Positions 1 through 9,424 of a DNA stretch of 64,000 bases are shown piece by piece. Made by a program: the position numbers and the translations under genes. The first letter of the stretch is position 1, and each line of letters opens with the position of its first letter. Origin of the DNA: a virus (Duplodnaviria > Caudoviricetes). The stretch lies in IMG/VR virus record IMGVR_UViG_2671180615_000003, positions 18,105 through 82,104 of that record, one strand, 5' to 3'. The notes below the pieces were generated by a model that saw only the letters and a program-made list of their open reading frames with translations, did not search any database and was not told the origin of the DNA.

Positions 1-866
1 TTTAAGATTTTATTTTTTTGTGCAATTAAGTTTATTTCTCCACTATCACTTGGTATCTTGGTTGGATCAAGTCCTCTTGATGTTGCCGAACTAATTGCAA
101 GGTCTATCTGCTGAAGTGACAAGTCATACATTTTTAATGCCGAAGTCTTTTGTTCTTCAACAACTTTGATATTACAACTAAGTAACTCTCCAGTTTTATT
201 TCCCATTTCCTCCTTTAGATTACTTGCAAGAGTATCAGATGTTCCCTGTATCTGTTGTGCCTTGTCCTGAACCTGTTTAAGTTCACCTTCTACATCTTTA
301 ACTGTGAACTCTGGTATTTTTAGTATCCATTCTTGTTCTTGCATAAAAAATTCAGGAATATCCATAATAATTTCAGTGTCTTTCCATGTGGTTTCAGGTA
401 TACCCATTACCCACTCTTTTCTCTCCATAACTAATTCAGGAACTTTGGTGTAAATCGGAGACCACTTAACAGTACAGCTAAACCCACTACACGTAACCTC
501 TGGATATTCTCCAGTTTTCTTGAGCACCATTCTAATTGTAGGTAAATCCATAGACATTTTTTTATCTTTCATGGTTGTTTGAGGTGTACCAAAAACCATT
601 CTTTGAGTTTTATTTCTAAAACTTGGTGTATGAAAAACCATCCTTTTGTCAGTCCACTTCGTGTCCATTTTAAATTTAAGAATTAAATCGGGAGTAGAAA
701 AATCTGGATTTTCCAAGTTTTCCGAATCTTCTTTTAGAGTTTGAAACTTACTTTCATAGTTAGTTTGAATATCTTTTATTTCTTGCTCAATATTTTTACA
801 GTCGGTAGCAAAACCTGTTTGAGCAATAAATAATAGACCCCATGCGAGAGCATTATTAATATTCAT
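1..866 (-). CDS. Secreted protein with ~14-aa Pro-containing repeats (partial, runs off window; not in ORF track)
   Basis: Manual translation from ATG 866: MNINNALAWGLLFIAQTGFA|TDCKN..., open to position 1. Confidence 0.85.
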   Translation of the reverse strand, partial: MNINNALAWGLLFIAQTGFATDCKNIEQEIKDIQTNYESKFQTLKEDSENLENPDFSTPDLILKFKMDTKWTDKRMVFHTPSFRNKTQRMVFGTPQTTMKDKKMSMDLPTIRMVLKKTGEYPEVTCSGFSCTVKWSPIYTKVPELVMERKEWVMGIPETTWKDTEIIMDIPEFFMQEQEWILKIPEFTVKDVEGELKQVQDKAQQIQGTSDTLASNLKEEMGNKTGELLSCNIKVVEEQKTSALKMYDLSLQQIDLAISSATSRGLDPTKIPSDSGEINLIAQKNKIL

Positions 867-1021
867 AACTTTCACCAATTATTTTGGTTATTGCTCTTTT
901 AATAAACTCCTTATCAATATATTCGTCAATTATAATCTGATCAATATTTATACATATTTTCTATGATTTAGAATAACTTAAAGATGAATAGTGATTGTTA
1001 AAAAAACCACCCGAAAGTGGT

Positions 1022-1177
1022 CTAATTGTTATTCATATTTCTATTAATCTCTTTTCCAGCTGCGGTCCCACCTTTTTGTCCTAAGTTAAGTAAATTTAAA
1101 TCTTTAAAATAGTTCCAACCCACAATAATCATTATGACAATTACTGAACCAAATATGAATTTTGTTTGATTTGACAC
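1022..1177 (-). CDS. 51-aa single-TM membrane peptide
   Basis: GTG start after AAGGTG RBS; MSNQTKFIFGSVIVIMIIVGWNYF...; terminator-like hairpin at 1000-1021. Confidence 0.55.
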   Translation of the reverse strand: MSNQTKFIFGSVIVIMIIVGWNYFKDLNLLNLGQKGGTAAGKEINRNMNNN

Positions 1178-1263
1178 AATTTTCACCTTTAAGAATTTAA
1201 AATGATATTTTCGAATACTTGTTGAAGTAAGCTATATACTATTAAATCCTTAATTGACAAAAA

Positions 1264-1608
1264 TCAACCACAATTAACTACTAAAGTTTTTTTATAGAAG
1301 CTAATCACAGCTTCAGAATCTCTAGTTAAAGTTTGTTCGTTGTAGTCATTTGGTGAAAACTTGAGTAGAGCTGGCATATACTGTTTTTTGTAGACTTCAG
1401 GATAGGTGTTACACAATATCTCACGCTTCCGTTGAAGTGGAATATCTCGATTTTCTAGGTCATCGAGCATCTTTCCTATTTGTTGATCCGCACTCATGAA
1501 TTGCGCCTCAACTGAAGGTGGGAGTGCCTTACTTTCAACTTGTTTAGTGCAACCAACTAAAGTTAAAGAGATCACCAAACAAGAAGATAAAAAAATTGAT
1601 TTTCTCAT
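1264..1608 (-). CDS. Lipoprotein, moron
   Basis: Signal peptide with lipobox LVG-C. Confidence 0.8.
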   Translation of the reverse strand: MRKSIFLSSCLVISLTLVGCTKQVESKALPPSVEAQFMSADQQIGKMLDDLENRDIPLQRKREILCNTYPEVYKKQYMPALLKFSPNDYNEQTLTRDSEAVISFYKKTLVVNCG

Positions 1609-1913
1609 CTTCCGTATCTTCTCTTTTTTAAACGATCATGCAGCCCAATCACTTCAAAAAAACCATGAATTGCAATAAGCAATGGTAATACAACGACTCC
1701 CCAACGGAGTGTGTCAAAGTTTCTTAATATAAGTTCATATAAAGGATAAGTATTCAAGATTTGAAGGTTCGCAAGCCACTTTAAACACGGAAAGAAAAGA
1801 AAGACCACAGCAACCATCAATACTAGATAAACCATCATTAAATAAAAGACTTTCGGATATTCCTCAAAGACATCATTTAACGCCCACAACTTATCTATAA
1901 TTCTCTCAAACAT
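1605..1913 (-). CDS. Two-TM membrane protein, coupled to the lipoprotein gene
   Basis: Two hydrophobic stretches; ATGA overlap with next ORF. Confidence 0.75.
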   Translation of the reverse strand: MFERIIDKLWALNDVFEEYPKVFYLMMVYLVLMVAVVFLFFPCLKWLANLQILNTYPLYELILRNFDTLRWGVVVLPLLIAIHGFFEVIGLHDRLKKRRYGR

Positions 1914-2002
1914 ATTTTCCCCAATAAATTTAAAGTTATTAAAATTAAGTATTTATAAGTTGTATCTTACACAAAACTATATATTAGGAAAAGATAGATA
2001 TT

Positions 2003-2025
2003 AAAAAACCACCAGATGGTGGTTT
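2003..2025 (-). terminator. Rho-independent terminator after methylase
   Basis: AAAAAACCACCA-GA-TGGTGGTTT hairpin with U-tract on minus strand. Confidence 0.7.
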
Positions 2026-2887
2026 AAATAATTGAGAACAAATCATATTCTTGAGGGGTATTCAAAGATTCACAAAAGAACATGACCTCTTTAGCTTTAA
2101 TCTTATGATAAGCACTATAGTTCAAATCATAGTCAGTCATCAGATAATCTTTATAAATTTCTTTTATCTCGTCGCAGTTATCATAAGAAACAATCCACTT
2201 GGATTTAATTTTATCTAAAGCTTTTCTAATTTTCACATGGTCATCATGAACATAAAAATTTCTATAAAGTCCTTGTCCTTTGACATAGTAGGGTGGATCT
2301 AAGTAGACAAGTGAATTATTCGGTAAAAACTCATCAACTCTTTTTATTAAATCCAATGCATCATCATTGTAAACATGAATTCGAGAAGCATTTAGTCCAA
2401 CTTTCTCAATACGTTTACTAAGATTGACTTTATGAAATCTAGCATCGAGTGTGTAATTGCCATCCTGCTTCTTTCCTCCAATTACACCTCCCTTAAGAAT
2501 GCCAGATCTATTTGTTCTATTAAGAAAAAATGCAGCAAAACCTATCTGCAGAGGATCATGACAAGATTGATCATTCAAAATCAATTTCTGTTTATGCCAT
2601 TCATCAATAGTTACAGACGTATCGTGGAGTAATTTTAGAAATTCATCAGTATGTTTAGTTATAGACTTCCAAAAACTATAAACTGCTACATCAATGTCAT
2701 TAATATGAATATCAGTTACGAATCCACTATATAGCAAATCTAATGCGACAGCTGCTCCACCAGCATAAGGCTCTAGATAATGTCCACCGACAAGTCCATT
2801 TGCTTCAAAAATAGATTTTACAACTGGTGCAAACTTACCTTTACCCCCAGGATACCTAAGTGGTGTATTGTAGATGTCAATACTCAT
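2024..2887 (-). CDS. Dam-family (D12 class) N6-adenine DNA methyltransferase
   Basis: PLRYPGGK, EPYAGGAAV (motif I), DPPY (motif IV). Confidence 0.92.
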   Translation of the reverse strand: MSIDIYNTPLRYPGGKGKFAPVVKSIFEANGLVGGHYLEPYAGGAAVALDLLYSGFVTDIHINDIDVAVYSFWKSITKHTDEFLKLLHDTSVTIDEWHKQKLILNDQSCHDPLQIGFAAFFLNRTNRSGILKGGVIGGKKQDGNYTLDARFHKVNLSKRIEKVGLNASRIHVYNDDALDLIKRVDEFLPNNSLVYLDPPYYVKGQGLYRNFYVHDDHVKIRKALDKIKSKWIVSYDNCDEIKEIYKDYLMTDYDLNYSAYHKIKAKEVMFFCESLNTPQEYDLFSII

Positions 2888-2911
2888 TGATATTCCAGTA
2901 ACCTTTTACAC

Positions 2912-2920
2912 ATTTTAACA
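2912..2920 (-). promoter_or_regulatory. Possible extended -10 promoter for the methylase
   Basis: TGtTAAAAT on minus strand ~25 bp upstream of the ATG. Confidence 0.4.
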
Positions 2921-2951
2921 GGTTCTATCGAACATGGCCATATTCATCAAA

Positions 2952-4661
2952 CTAATTCAAAAATTCAGCTACTGAAATTTTCATTAACGGGTGTGTTTTA
3001 TCAATTACTTTTAAAATCACAGACTTAAGCTCACTTTCAAAATATGAAAATTTTGAAGGATCACTATTGATCATTATTTTAAAAGGATTTTCTGCAATTT
3101 TTCCCTTAATTAATCTCTGAACATCACTGTGCTTATAAAATGCTTTGAATTTTTCCCGAGTTTTACCTAAATCATCCTTTGAAGACTGTCTCTTTTGAAT
3201 TACGATTTTAGTCAAATCATATTCTTCATTAGGAAAATGTTCTAAATCTAAAAAATCTAAAATTTGAGACGCAGCTTTCAAAAAAACCGGTCGAGTAAAA
3301 CCAATACTGTTTTTCCAAAACACATTATCATTAGGCAATTTATACATGAAATCAAAAAGTAATTGATCAGGTGGTAAGGTGCATGGAAGTTTCAAAGTAT
3401 TAAAATATTTCGAACCATTTGATTCATCACCATCGAATACAATAATACTATTACGGCAAAATTCTGGAATTTTGTGGTCAATTAAAGATAAATAGGTTTT
3501 ACATCCTAGAGTGATATCTTTCATAGGATTTAGTAATTTATTTACTTTTCTATCTCTTACAAGCATTCTGAAAAATTCATAAGCTTCACCATCCTCGAAG
3601 TACAAATTAATTTTTGGAATTTTTTTCTCAGGTTCGAATTCAACAGTATCTATAAAAAGATCAGCGTAGATCTTACTCCATGAATAATTCTCTACAGCCT
3701 CCACCTCTCCATATGTATCAGTCATATAAACAGTTTTATAGTTTTTTATATCCAATTGTGACTTTTCGAATATATTCTGGATGATGATTGGTGAATGAGT
3801 TGTAAAAATAATTTGAAGGTTATATTTCTTTGAAAAACTTTCTAAAGTTTTTATAAGTTCAGTTTGAGCACCAGGGAATAAACCAGCATCCAATTCATCT
3901 ATTAAAAGTATTCCTCCATGATAATCTGGATATTCTTCTTTTAGTTTCTTAAAAGAATATAATGCCATTAAAAGCTGACCAGTATTATCCTCACCTACAG
4001 AAACCGACTCGTGATCATAGTAATCATTATGAACCACTACTGAATCAATTGTGCCTGTGGTTCCTGAGAGGTTTTTCCCCCCACTTTTCCCAAGTAACTT
4101 ATTATTTTCTCTAGTAAATTCGATTTCAATTGATTTAAGATAATCTAAATCCTCGTTTAATAAATATTTTTCCCTTTGCGCGATTGGCATGAGCCTTTTT
4201 AAGCTCAAGTAAATTACTGGATGAGTAACATTTCTACTAGAGTTAGTAGCAATTCCCTCTACAATATTACCTCGCACCACAGGTCTAGCTTTTATACGGT
4301 CACTTGATTTGTATAAACCTAACTTTAAACTATCAATATTTTGCTCAAAATATGCATCATACAACTCATACTCGACATCCATAGATCCAGGTAAATCATG
4401 AGTTGCAGATAATCTGAAATGTTCAGCAAATTCAGATTTAAATGGTCTACCTGCTATAGTTTTATAAGTTAATTTATTTTTATTTGTATAGTCTGTATCA
4501 AAACTAAAAATTTGAGCGATCATACCTAAAATTGTAGATTTTGAAGTTCCATTTTTTCCACAAATTGCAGTAATTCTATGGCCAATGTTTATTTCAATAT
4601 TTTTCAAACCACGAAAATGATTAACCTTTATTTTTTTTAACTGAGTTATTTTTGAAGCCAT
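2952..4661 (-). CDS. ABC/AAA_21 ATPase fused to TOPRIM-like domain (OLD/PARIS-like)
   Basis: Walker A GKNGTSKST, signature-like SVGE, Walker B LLIDELDAGL, TTHSP; C-terminal YFEDGEA and VFDGD. Confidence 0.85.
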   Translation of the reverse strand: MASKITQLKKIKVNHFRGLKNIEINIGHRITAICGKNGTSKSTILGMIAQIFSFDTDYTNKNKLTYKTIAGRPFKSEFAEHFRLSATHDLPGSMDVEYELYDAYFEQNIDSLKLGLYKSSDRIKARPVVRGNIVEGIATNSSRNVTHPVIYLSLKRLMPIAQREKYLLNEDLDYLKSIEIEFTRENNKLLGKSGGKNLSGTTGTIDSVVVHNDYYDHESVSVGEDNTGQLLMALYSFKKLKEEYPDYHGGILLIDELDAGLFPGAQTELIKTLESFSKKYNLQIIFTTHSPIIIQNIFEKSQLDIKNYKTVYMTDTYGEVEAVENYSWSKIYADLFIDTVEFEPEKKIPKINLYFEDGEAYEFFRMLVRDRKVNKLLNPMKDITLGCKTYLSLIDHKIPEFCRNSIIVFDGDESNGSKYFNTLKLPCTLPPDQLLFDFMYKLPNDNVFWKNSIGFTRPVFLKAASQILDFLDLEHFPNEEYDLTKIVIQKRQSSKDDLGKTREKFKAFYKHSDVQRLIKGKIAENPFKIMINSDPSKFSYFESELKSVILKVIDKTHPLMKISVAEFLN

Positions 4662-4810
4662 AATGAAATAAGTAAAGTTACAAACCTAACACAATGTAAC
4701 AAACCGTAATTTAAAAGGGAATACTTTATCCCACGTTAAAGTTTGAAATCAATTTTCAAAATAGATGAATTTTAAGTAACTACATTTAAATAGTTACTTA
4801 AATTAATGTA

Positions 4811-5574
4811 TTATTTATTTTTCTTAGTAGTTAATTTCTTTACTACCTCATCCATAAACAAATTATCCAAAGCAAAAATACAGTCATTAAAGATATGAGC
4901 ATCAACAGGCAAATCATTATGCTCAGCATATACATTGATTGCCTGTTGATCTAAGCACAACGGTACACTTTGTTCATATCGTCTAGATCTGATAATCGTG
5001 CTAAAGGCTGCAAGTATGGAATCTGCCGCATAAGAATATTCCGGTGGATCCGGAACATGTCCACCTAGGAACTTGATTTGTTCGATTTCGTGCGGCGTTT
5101 TTGACGCATAGGTCTTTTGGTACTTGTATAGTTCGAGGACTTTCCCAAAATCGTAGCTTTGTCCTTATCGGCATCTTCCTGGATCTTTTGCGCTTGCTCT
5201 TTAATGAATGACCAGATCAAAAGACCAATATCACCAAGGTTAAGCAGCTTAGATGCATTCTCAGGGGTATAAGGTTGCTCGGTTTCAATTGTATCGTCAC
5301 CTTCTACTTCAGCAAAAACTACGCCCTTCCAATCTTCAATTAAATGAGCTCCAGCTGCATCTAATAAAAGCTCATGGTAAAGCTTTCCGTTTTCATCTTT
5401 TACCATTACATCATAGCCTTTTGATGAAATTTGATTACCAGCCTTTTCTAAAGCAACTTGAAAAGGTTTATAGCCAATACCACGAATTTTAAACTCTGCT
5501 TGTCCACCTGCAGTTTCAAACGTACACCACTTCGATACTTCTGAACTTCGTACAATTCCAACTTTTAAAGCCAT
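4811..5574 (-). CDS. Tail assembly chaperone GT, -1 frameshift product
   Basis: GGGAAAG at 5140-5146 (minus); -1 frame open for 112 codons to TAA at 4811. Confidence 0.8.
5065..5574 (-). CDS. Tail assembly chaperone G (start MALKVG)
   Basis: Follows tail tube; GAGGT RBS before ATG 5574; ...LGK slippery site. Confidence 0.85.
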   Translation of the reverse strand: MALKVGIVRSSEVSKWCTFETAGGQAEFKIRGIGYKPFQVALEKAGNQISSKGYDVMVKDENGKLYHELLLDAAGAHLIEDWKGVVFAEVEGDDTIETEQPYTPENASKLLNLGDIGLLIWSFIKEQAQKIQEDADKDKATILGKSSNYTSTKRPMRQKRRTKSNKSSS

Positions 5575-5642
5575 ACCTACCTCGAAATTTAGATAATAAA
5601 AAAGCCCATGGGATTCCACAGGCTTTATTGATTTGAATTGAA

Positions 5643-6560
5643 TTAAACAAGAGCACGCACAATCGTTGGAGCTGTACGCACTTGAGCAAAGTTGATATCT
5701 AAGGTGATGATGTCATCACCACCGCCGTCTGGGTGATTGGCTTCCATAACTTCTAACTGTGGGAAGTTGAACGAGTATTTACTGCCTTTGCTGTCTTTAA
5801 TATCAAAGGCCAATGTAAACACATCACGGGTTTTGATGGCATCAATCCACCCCGCCGCAGTTGCCGAGAACATGAAAGAAGCATTCGCTTCGATATCCAT
5901 CATTTTCTCTAAGTAAAACTCTGGAGTGTATTTACCAGATCCAATACAACGAATCGCTTCAAGGTTGTTATTGATCGAAAGCGTAAGCGACTGCATACAT
6001 GCTTTACCTTGAATAGATTGACCATTCACAAGTAAATTTTCAACGTTTGGCATGCTGACCAATGGTCGAGTTGAAGCTGCAACAGGGTTTACAACTGGGC
6101 TTGTAGTCTGTCGTGTAAATGAGCTACCTACTAAACCAAAATTACCAGTGATTTTTCCGGTAGTTTGAATAGTGATTTCGCCGGTATTCACCTGCACGCC
6201 ACGGTAGATAAATACCTGCCCAACATCTTCAAAAACTTTAACTAGCGTTAATGACTTACGAACTGTACCGCCAATAGTTAAGCTGTTTGTGGCCCAGTTG
6301 TTGAAAGCTAAAGCACTTAAGAATAAATCAAAGGTTCCAAGTGATAATTCAAACTCTAACTGACCAGCTACTTCAGCTTCAGTAACTACACCGCCTTGAC
6401 GATAACGTGAATCAACCACTTCGCTGCTTTCTTCTGTAGAGACATTTTCTGATAAGCCATCAGTTACACGGCGAACGGTGTACCAAATTGGGTTTGCTGG
6501 AGTCGTCCCTAATACTGCTTCTTCACAAGCATATAATCGAATTTTCGCGCCTGAACTCAT
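5643..6560 (-). CDS. Major tail tube protein
   Basis: Beta-rich 305 aa, EEAVLGTTP N-terminus typical of tube proteins; upstream of chaperones. Confidence 0.85.
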   Translation of the reverse strand: MSSGAKIRLYACEEAVLGTTPANPIWYTVRRVTDGLSENVSTEESSEVVDSRYRQGGVVTEAEVAGQLEFELSLGTFDLFLSALAFNNWATNSLTIGGTVRKSLTLVKVFEDVGQVFIYRGVQVNTGEITIQTTGKITGNFGLVGSSFTRQTTSPVVNPVAASTRPLVSMPNVENLLVNGQSIQGKACMQSLTLSINNNLEAIRCIGSGKYTPEFYLEKMMDIEANASFMFSATAAGWIDAIKTRDVFTLAFDIKDSKGSKYSFNFPQLEVMEANHPDGGGDDIITLDINFAQVRTAPTIVRALV

Positions 6561-6655
6561 TTATAGTTCTCCAAAATTTAGGCATAAAAAACCCGCTTCA
6601 TGAGCGGGTCGGTATAAATAGAGGGAGTAAAAAAACCCGCTAAATTAGCGGGTTC

Positions 6656-7810
6656 TTATTGAGTTTCATCTGAGGTTTCTGAAGGTTCAGGTGGAGCTAT
6701 GCCGACCATGGCCGCTGAAACTGCTTCGGATAAATTAGTGGGTTGGAAGTTAAAAGGCGTTTCAGATAAATGTTCTTCTTCTGGCTCCGGTTCGGGTTCT
6801 TCATGCAAACGAATATCAACCCAGCGTGCTTCTGGAATATCCATAGGCATTTCTAAATCAGCTACTACTGCAGCAAGTTCAAAATCAAACTTACGTTTAT
6901 AAGTTTTAATTGAAATATCGCCGTTTTCCAATGTGTCATACACCACAGCTACGATCGTGTTTCCATTTGCATCCTTAGGTACTTCGATATACCAGCCTTC
7001 CTGAGCAAAACCTAAAGAACCCTTAAGCAGATATTCACCAACATCGACTTTCTTAAACTCAATTGGTTGTTTTTCTGCGTCTTCATTCAGTTCAATATGA
7101 TCACTAAATAACTTAACTACAGGAGATGCTGATTTTAAAAATCCGTTGGCATCAACAGAAGTGTTAAAACTGGTCTTTAAATGTCCCCAAGCAGTCCATG
7201 AATCAGCCCCAGCTCCATAACGAAAATAAAGTAGTCCTCCATAAACTGACTTAAAAATTTGCCAAGAATAAGTCCCGTATGAGTTTGTTCCCAAATACGA
7301 CATCAAAGAACCATAACGGCTAGGCATATTAAGGGGGTTGCTGACATTTCCTCCTTGCCAGTCGCCATTTGATATAAATGTAAACTTATTATCACCTAAT
7401 ACGGCAGCCCATTGAGTAATGGATACCTTGTCATATAACTCGTTAATTTTACTTCCAGAAAATCCAGGAATCCCCATATCACCTAAACCAAGAACTAAAC
7501 GAGCACCTGCTGTAGAAGAAGCACCCGTTCCACCTTGCGCAACTGAAAGTGGTGTAGTTAAGCCTTTCATTTCAATAATATCGGTATTTGTACCTTTTTC
7601 AGCAGCTCCGAGATTTGATCGAGCGTCTGCTGCAGTTGTAGCCCCAGTACCACCTTGAGAGATAGTGGCTGTACCAACTACTTGAGAAAAGTTAGGGACT
7701 AAATTAGGAATACCCGACGCAAATGGCAGCATAAATTGCCGCTTACCTTGGGCCGAGTTCAACTGGAATGGTCGATGGTCCCAATTAAATTTAAATACAA
7801 GATTTGCCAT
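6656..7810 (-). CDS. Fibre protein with knob-like domain
   Basis: Two GGTGAxxAxxARxxLG repeats; knob-like WQIF..LYFRYG..WTAW segment. Confidence 0.75.
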   Translation of the reverse strand: MANLVFKFNWDHRPFQLNSAQGKRQFMLPFASGIPNLVPNFSQVVGTATISQGGTGATTAADARSNLGAAEKGTNTDIIEMKGLTTPLSVAQGGTGASSTAGARLVLGLGDMGIPGFSGSKINELYDKVSITQWAAVLGDNKFTFISNGDWQGGNVSNPLNMPSRYGSLMSYLGTNSYGTYSWQIFKSVYGGLLYFRYGAGADSWTAWGHLKTSFNTSVDANGFLKSASPVVKLFSDHIELNEDAEKQPIEFKKVDVGEYLLKGSLGFAQEGWYIEVPKDANGNTIVAVVYDTLENGDISIKTYKRKFDFELAAVVADLEMPMDIPEARWVDIRLHEEPEPEPEEEHLSETPFNFQPTNLSEAVSAAMVGIAPPEPSETSDETQ

Positions 7811-8163
7811 TATGCTGTTACCCCATCAATCACTTGGAAAGTCAAAGTTTCGGTATGTTGAGTGTTGCCGCTTACTACGGCTTTAATATCCATTTGGCAC
7901 AAACCTACAGGCCATGCTGCTGTGCTTGCTCCTGATTTCACGTTAAGCCAACCTTTCTGTGTGCTTTGGCTTAAAGCTGCACAAGTCAAAGTAGCAATCA
8001 CTGTTCCATCCACCAACGATTTAACTTGTGATGTAAACGTGTAGCTTGTTAGATCGATGGCACGGCGAACATCATCAGGTGGAAATTGCAAAGCCTCATC
8101 CATATCAACCAGCTGCAAATTCAAGTTGAATGTGTCACCACGCTTAAAACAAAAATTGCTCAT
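7810..8163 (-). CDS. BppU-like fibre adaptor
   Basis: KRGDTF N-terminus, IDLTSYTFTSQV; coupled to fibre gene. Confidence 0.6.
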   Translation of the reverse strand: MSNFCFKRGDTFNLNLQLVDMDEALQFPPDDVRRAIDLTSYTFTSQVKSLVDGTVIATLTCAALSQSTQKGWLNVKSGASTAAWPVGLCQMDIKAVVSGNTQHTETLTFQVIDGVTA

Positions 8164-8230
8164 AAGTGATTCCTGTAAAAATAAAAAACCACCGATGAGG
8201 TGGTTGTGAAAGATTGGTTTGTTATGTGCT

Positions 8231-8629
8231 TTAGTTAACTAAATAACTTATTGATACATTGTATTGAATGAAGTCAGCATCTTTTCCTGCATAAATTGAT
8301 TCGCCATTCAAACACTCTAAATCCTCAAATGAAAAATACTCAAAATGTGCCAGCAAATCATCACTAAGAACTGTTAGTGCTTTTTCTCCGGTATGCAATC
8401 GATCAAAACATTGAACCATGATATTACCAGTACGACGGTTACAAGGTTTATCTGCTACACCGGAAGTAAAACTCGGACCACGTGCAATCGTTAATCGACA
8501 CCATAAGCCTTCTTTTGGAACCTTAAACCCTGGCGCATTTGGATACTGGATTCTGTCCTGGGCAATACCAGTAAAGCTTTGCATACGATCGATAATAGCT
8601 TGCCTTGTCTGCTCTAAAGTCATTGCCAT
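8231..8629 (-). CDS. Tail terminator-like protein (start MAMTLEQ)
   Basis: Position after neck gene; YPNAP..P..LWCRL pattern. Confidence 0.7.
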   Translation of the reverse strand: MAMTLEQTRQAIIDRMQSFTGIAQDRIQYPNAPGFKVPKEGLWCRLTIARGPSFTSGVADKPCNRRTGNIMVQCFDRLHTGEKALTVLSDDLLAHFEYFSFEDLECLNGESIYAGKDADFIQYNVSISYLVN

Positions 8630-8630
8630 C

Positions 8631-9002
8631 TTAACCACCGTACTTTTGAGAAATATAAGTAAACGTGGTCTTGTAAATACCTTGCGGTGCTTGATCAGAC
8701 CACCCATCTTCTAAGCGTTCAGCATAGGGCTGGTTGTTTTGAATATAGATCAAACTACCAAGTTTAAATTTCACAGCTTGAATCGCTGCATCTTGCACGG
8801 CGTTTGTTTCAGGTCCACGTACACCATAGTCACCAGATCCAATCGAAACAATATGAGAAGCACGATAAGCGCCAGTATCAACGGGACTTGAAACGACCAA
8901 AGACTGAACAGCATCCATTGTAATTTTCTTTACCTTGTCCTCTGCTGTTTTAGCCACATCAAAACTAAATTCAGTTGGCTTTCTCCCCTTCCACCCCATC
9001 AT
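8631..9002 (-). CDS. HK97 gp10-like tail completion protein
   Basis: SPVDTGAYRAS and NNQPYAERLEDGWS motifs. Confidence 0.85.
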   Translation of the reverse strand: MMGWKGRKPTEFSFDVAKTAEDKVKKITMDAVQSLVVSSPVDTGAYRASHIVSIGSGDYGVRGPETNAVQDAAIQAVKFKLGSLIYIQNNQPYAERLEDGWSDQAPQGIYKTTFTYISQKYGG

Positions 9003-9375
9003 TCACCTCGCTTTCTTCATACATTTCAAAAAGGTCTTGAGCGATCGCTTGAATCGAATATGCTTCAAACTCTACACTTGGCTCGCGCTCACTCATTCGC
9101 CGTTTTACTATTTGCCAGATTTGCACAGCCTCATGTAAAAGCAATCCATAAACTTGTATTTGGTCCTTATCTGCTGTATCTCCAATTTGGACAATTGCAT
9201 ATGCGCCATCTGAATAAGAACTAACCTGAGCATCCGCCCCCATATCTAAAAATTGATCAGCATTGCCCATATCTTCAAATAACAAATCCATATGTATTTG
9301 ATTTCGAGCAAGCGCATACTGCACATGTTGAAATGGTGATATATGCCATAAAGGTACGTAATCTGTACTTATCAT
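8971..9375 (-). CDS. Hypothetical phage protein (LLHEAV motif)
   Basis: ORF with RBS in neck cluster. Confidence 0.65.
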   Translation of the reverse strand: MISTDYVPLWHISPFQHVQYALARNQIHMDLLFEDMGNADQFLDMGADAQVSSYSDGAYAIVQIGDTADKDQIQVYGLLLHEAVQIWQIVKRRMSEREPSVEFEAYSIQAIAQDLFEMYEESEVNDGVEGEKAN

Positions 9376-9424
9376 TTAAACTCCTAATTTGTGCCCATTA
9401 AAAAACCCACCGAAGTGGGTTTCT

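Noticed and set aside
2024-4661. Canonical Gabija, PARIS or type II R-M call
   Set aside because: No UvrD helicase, separate AriB-type gene or PD-(D/E)xK/HNH nuclease; partner is a methylase
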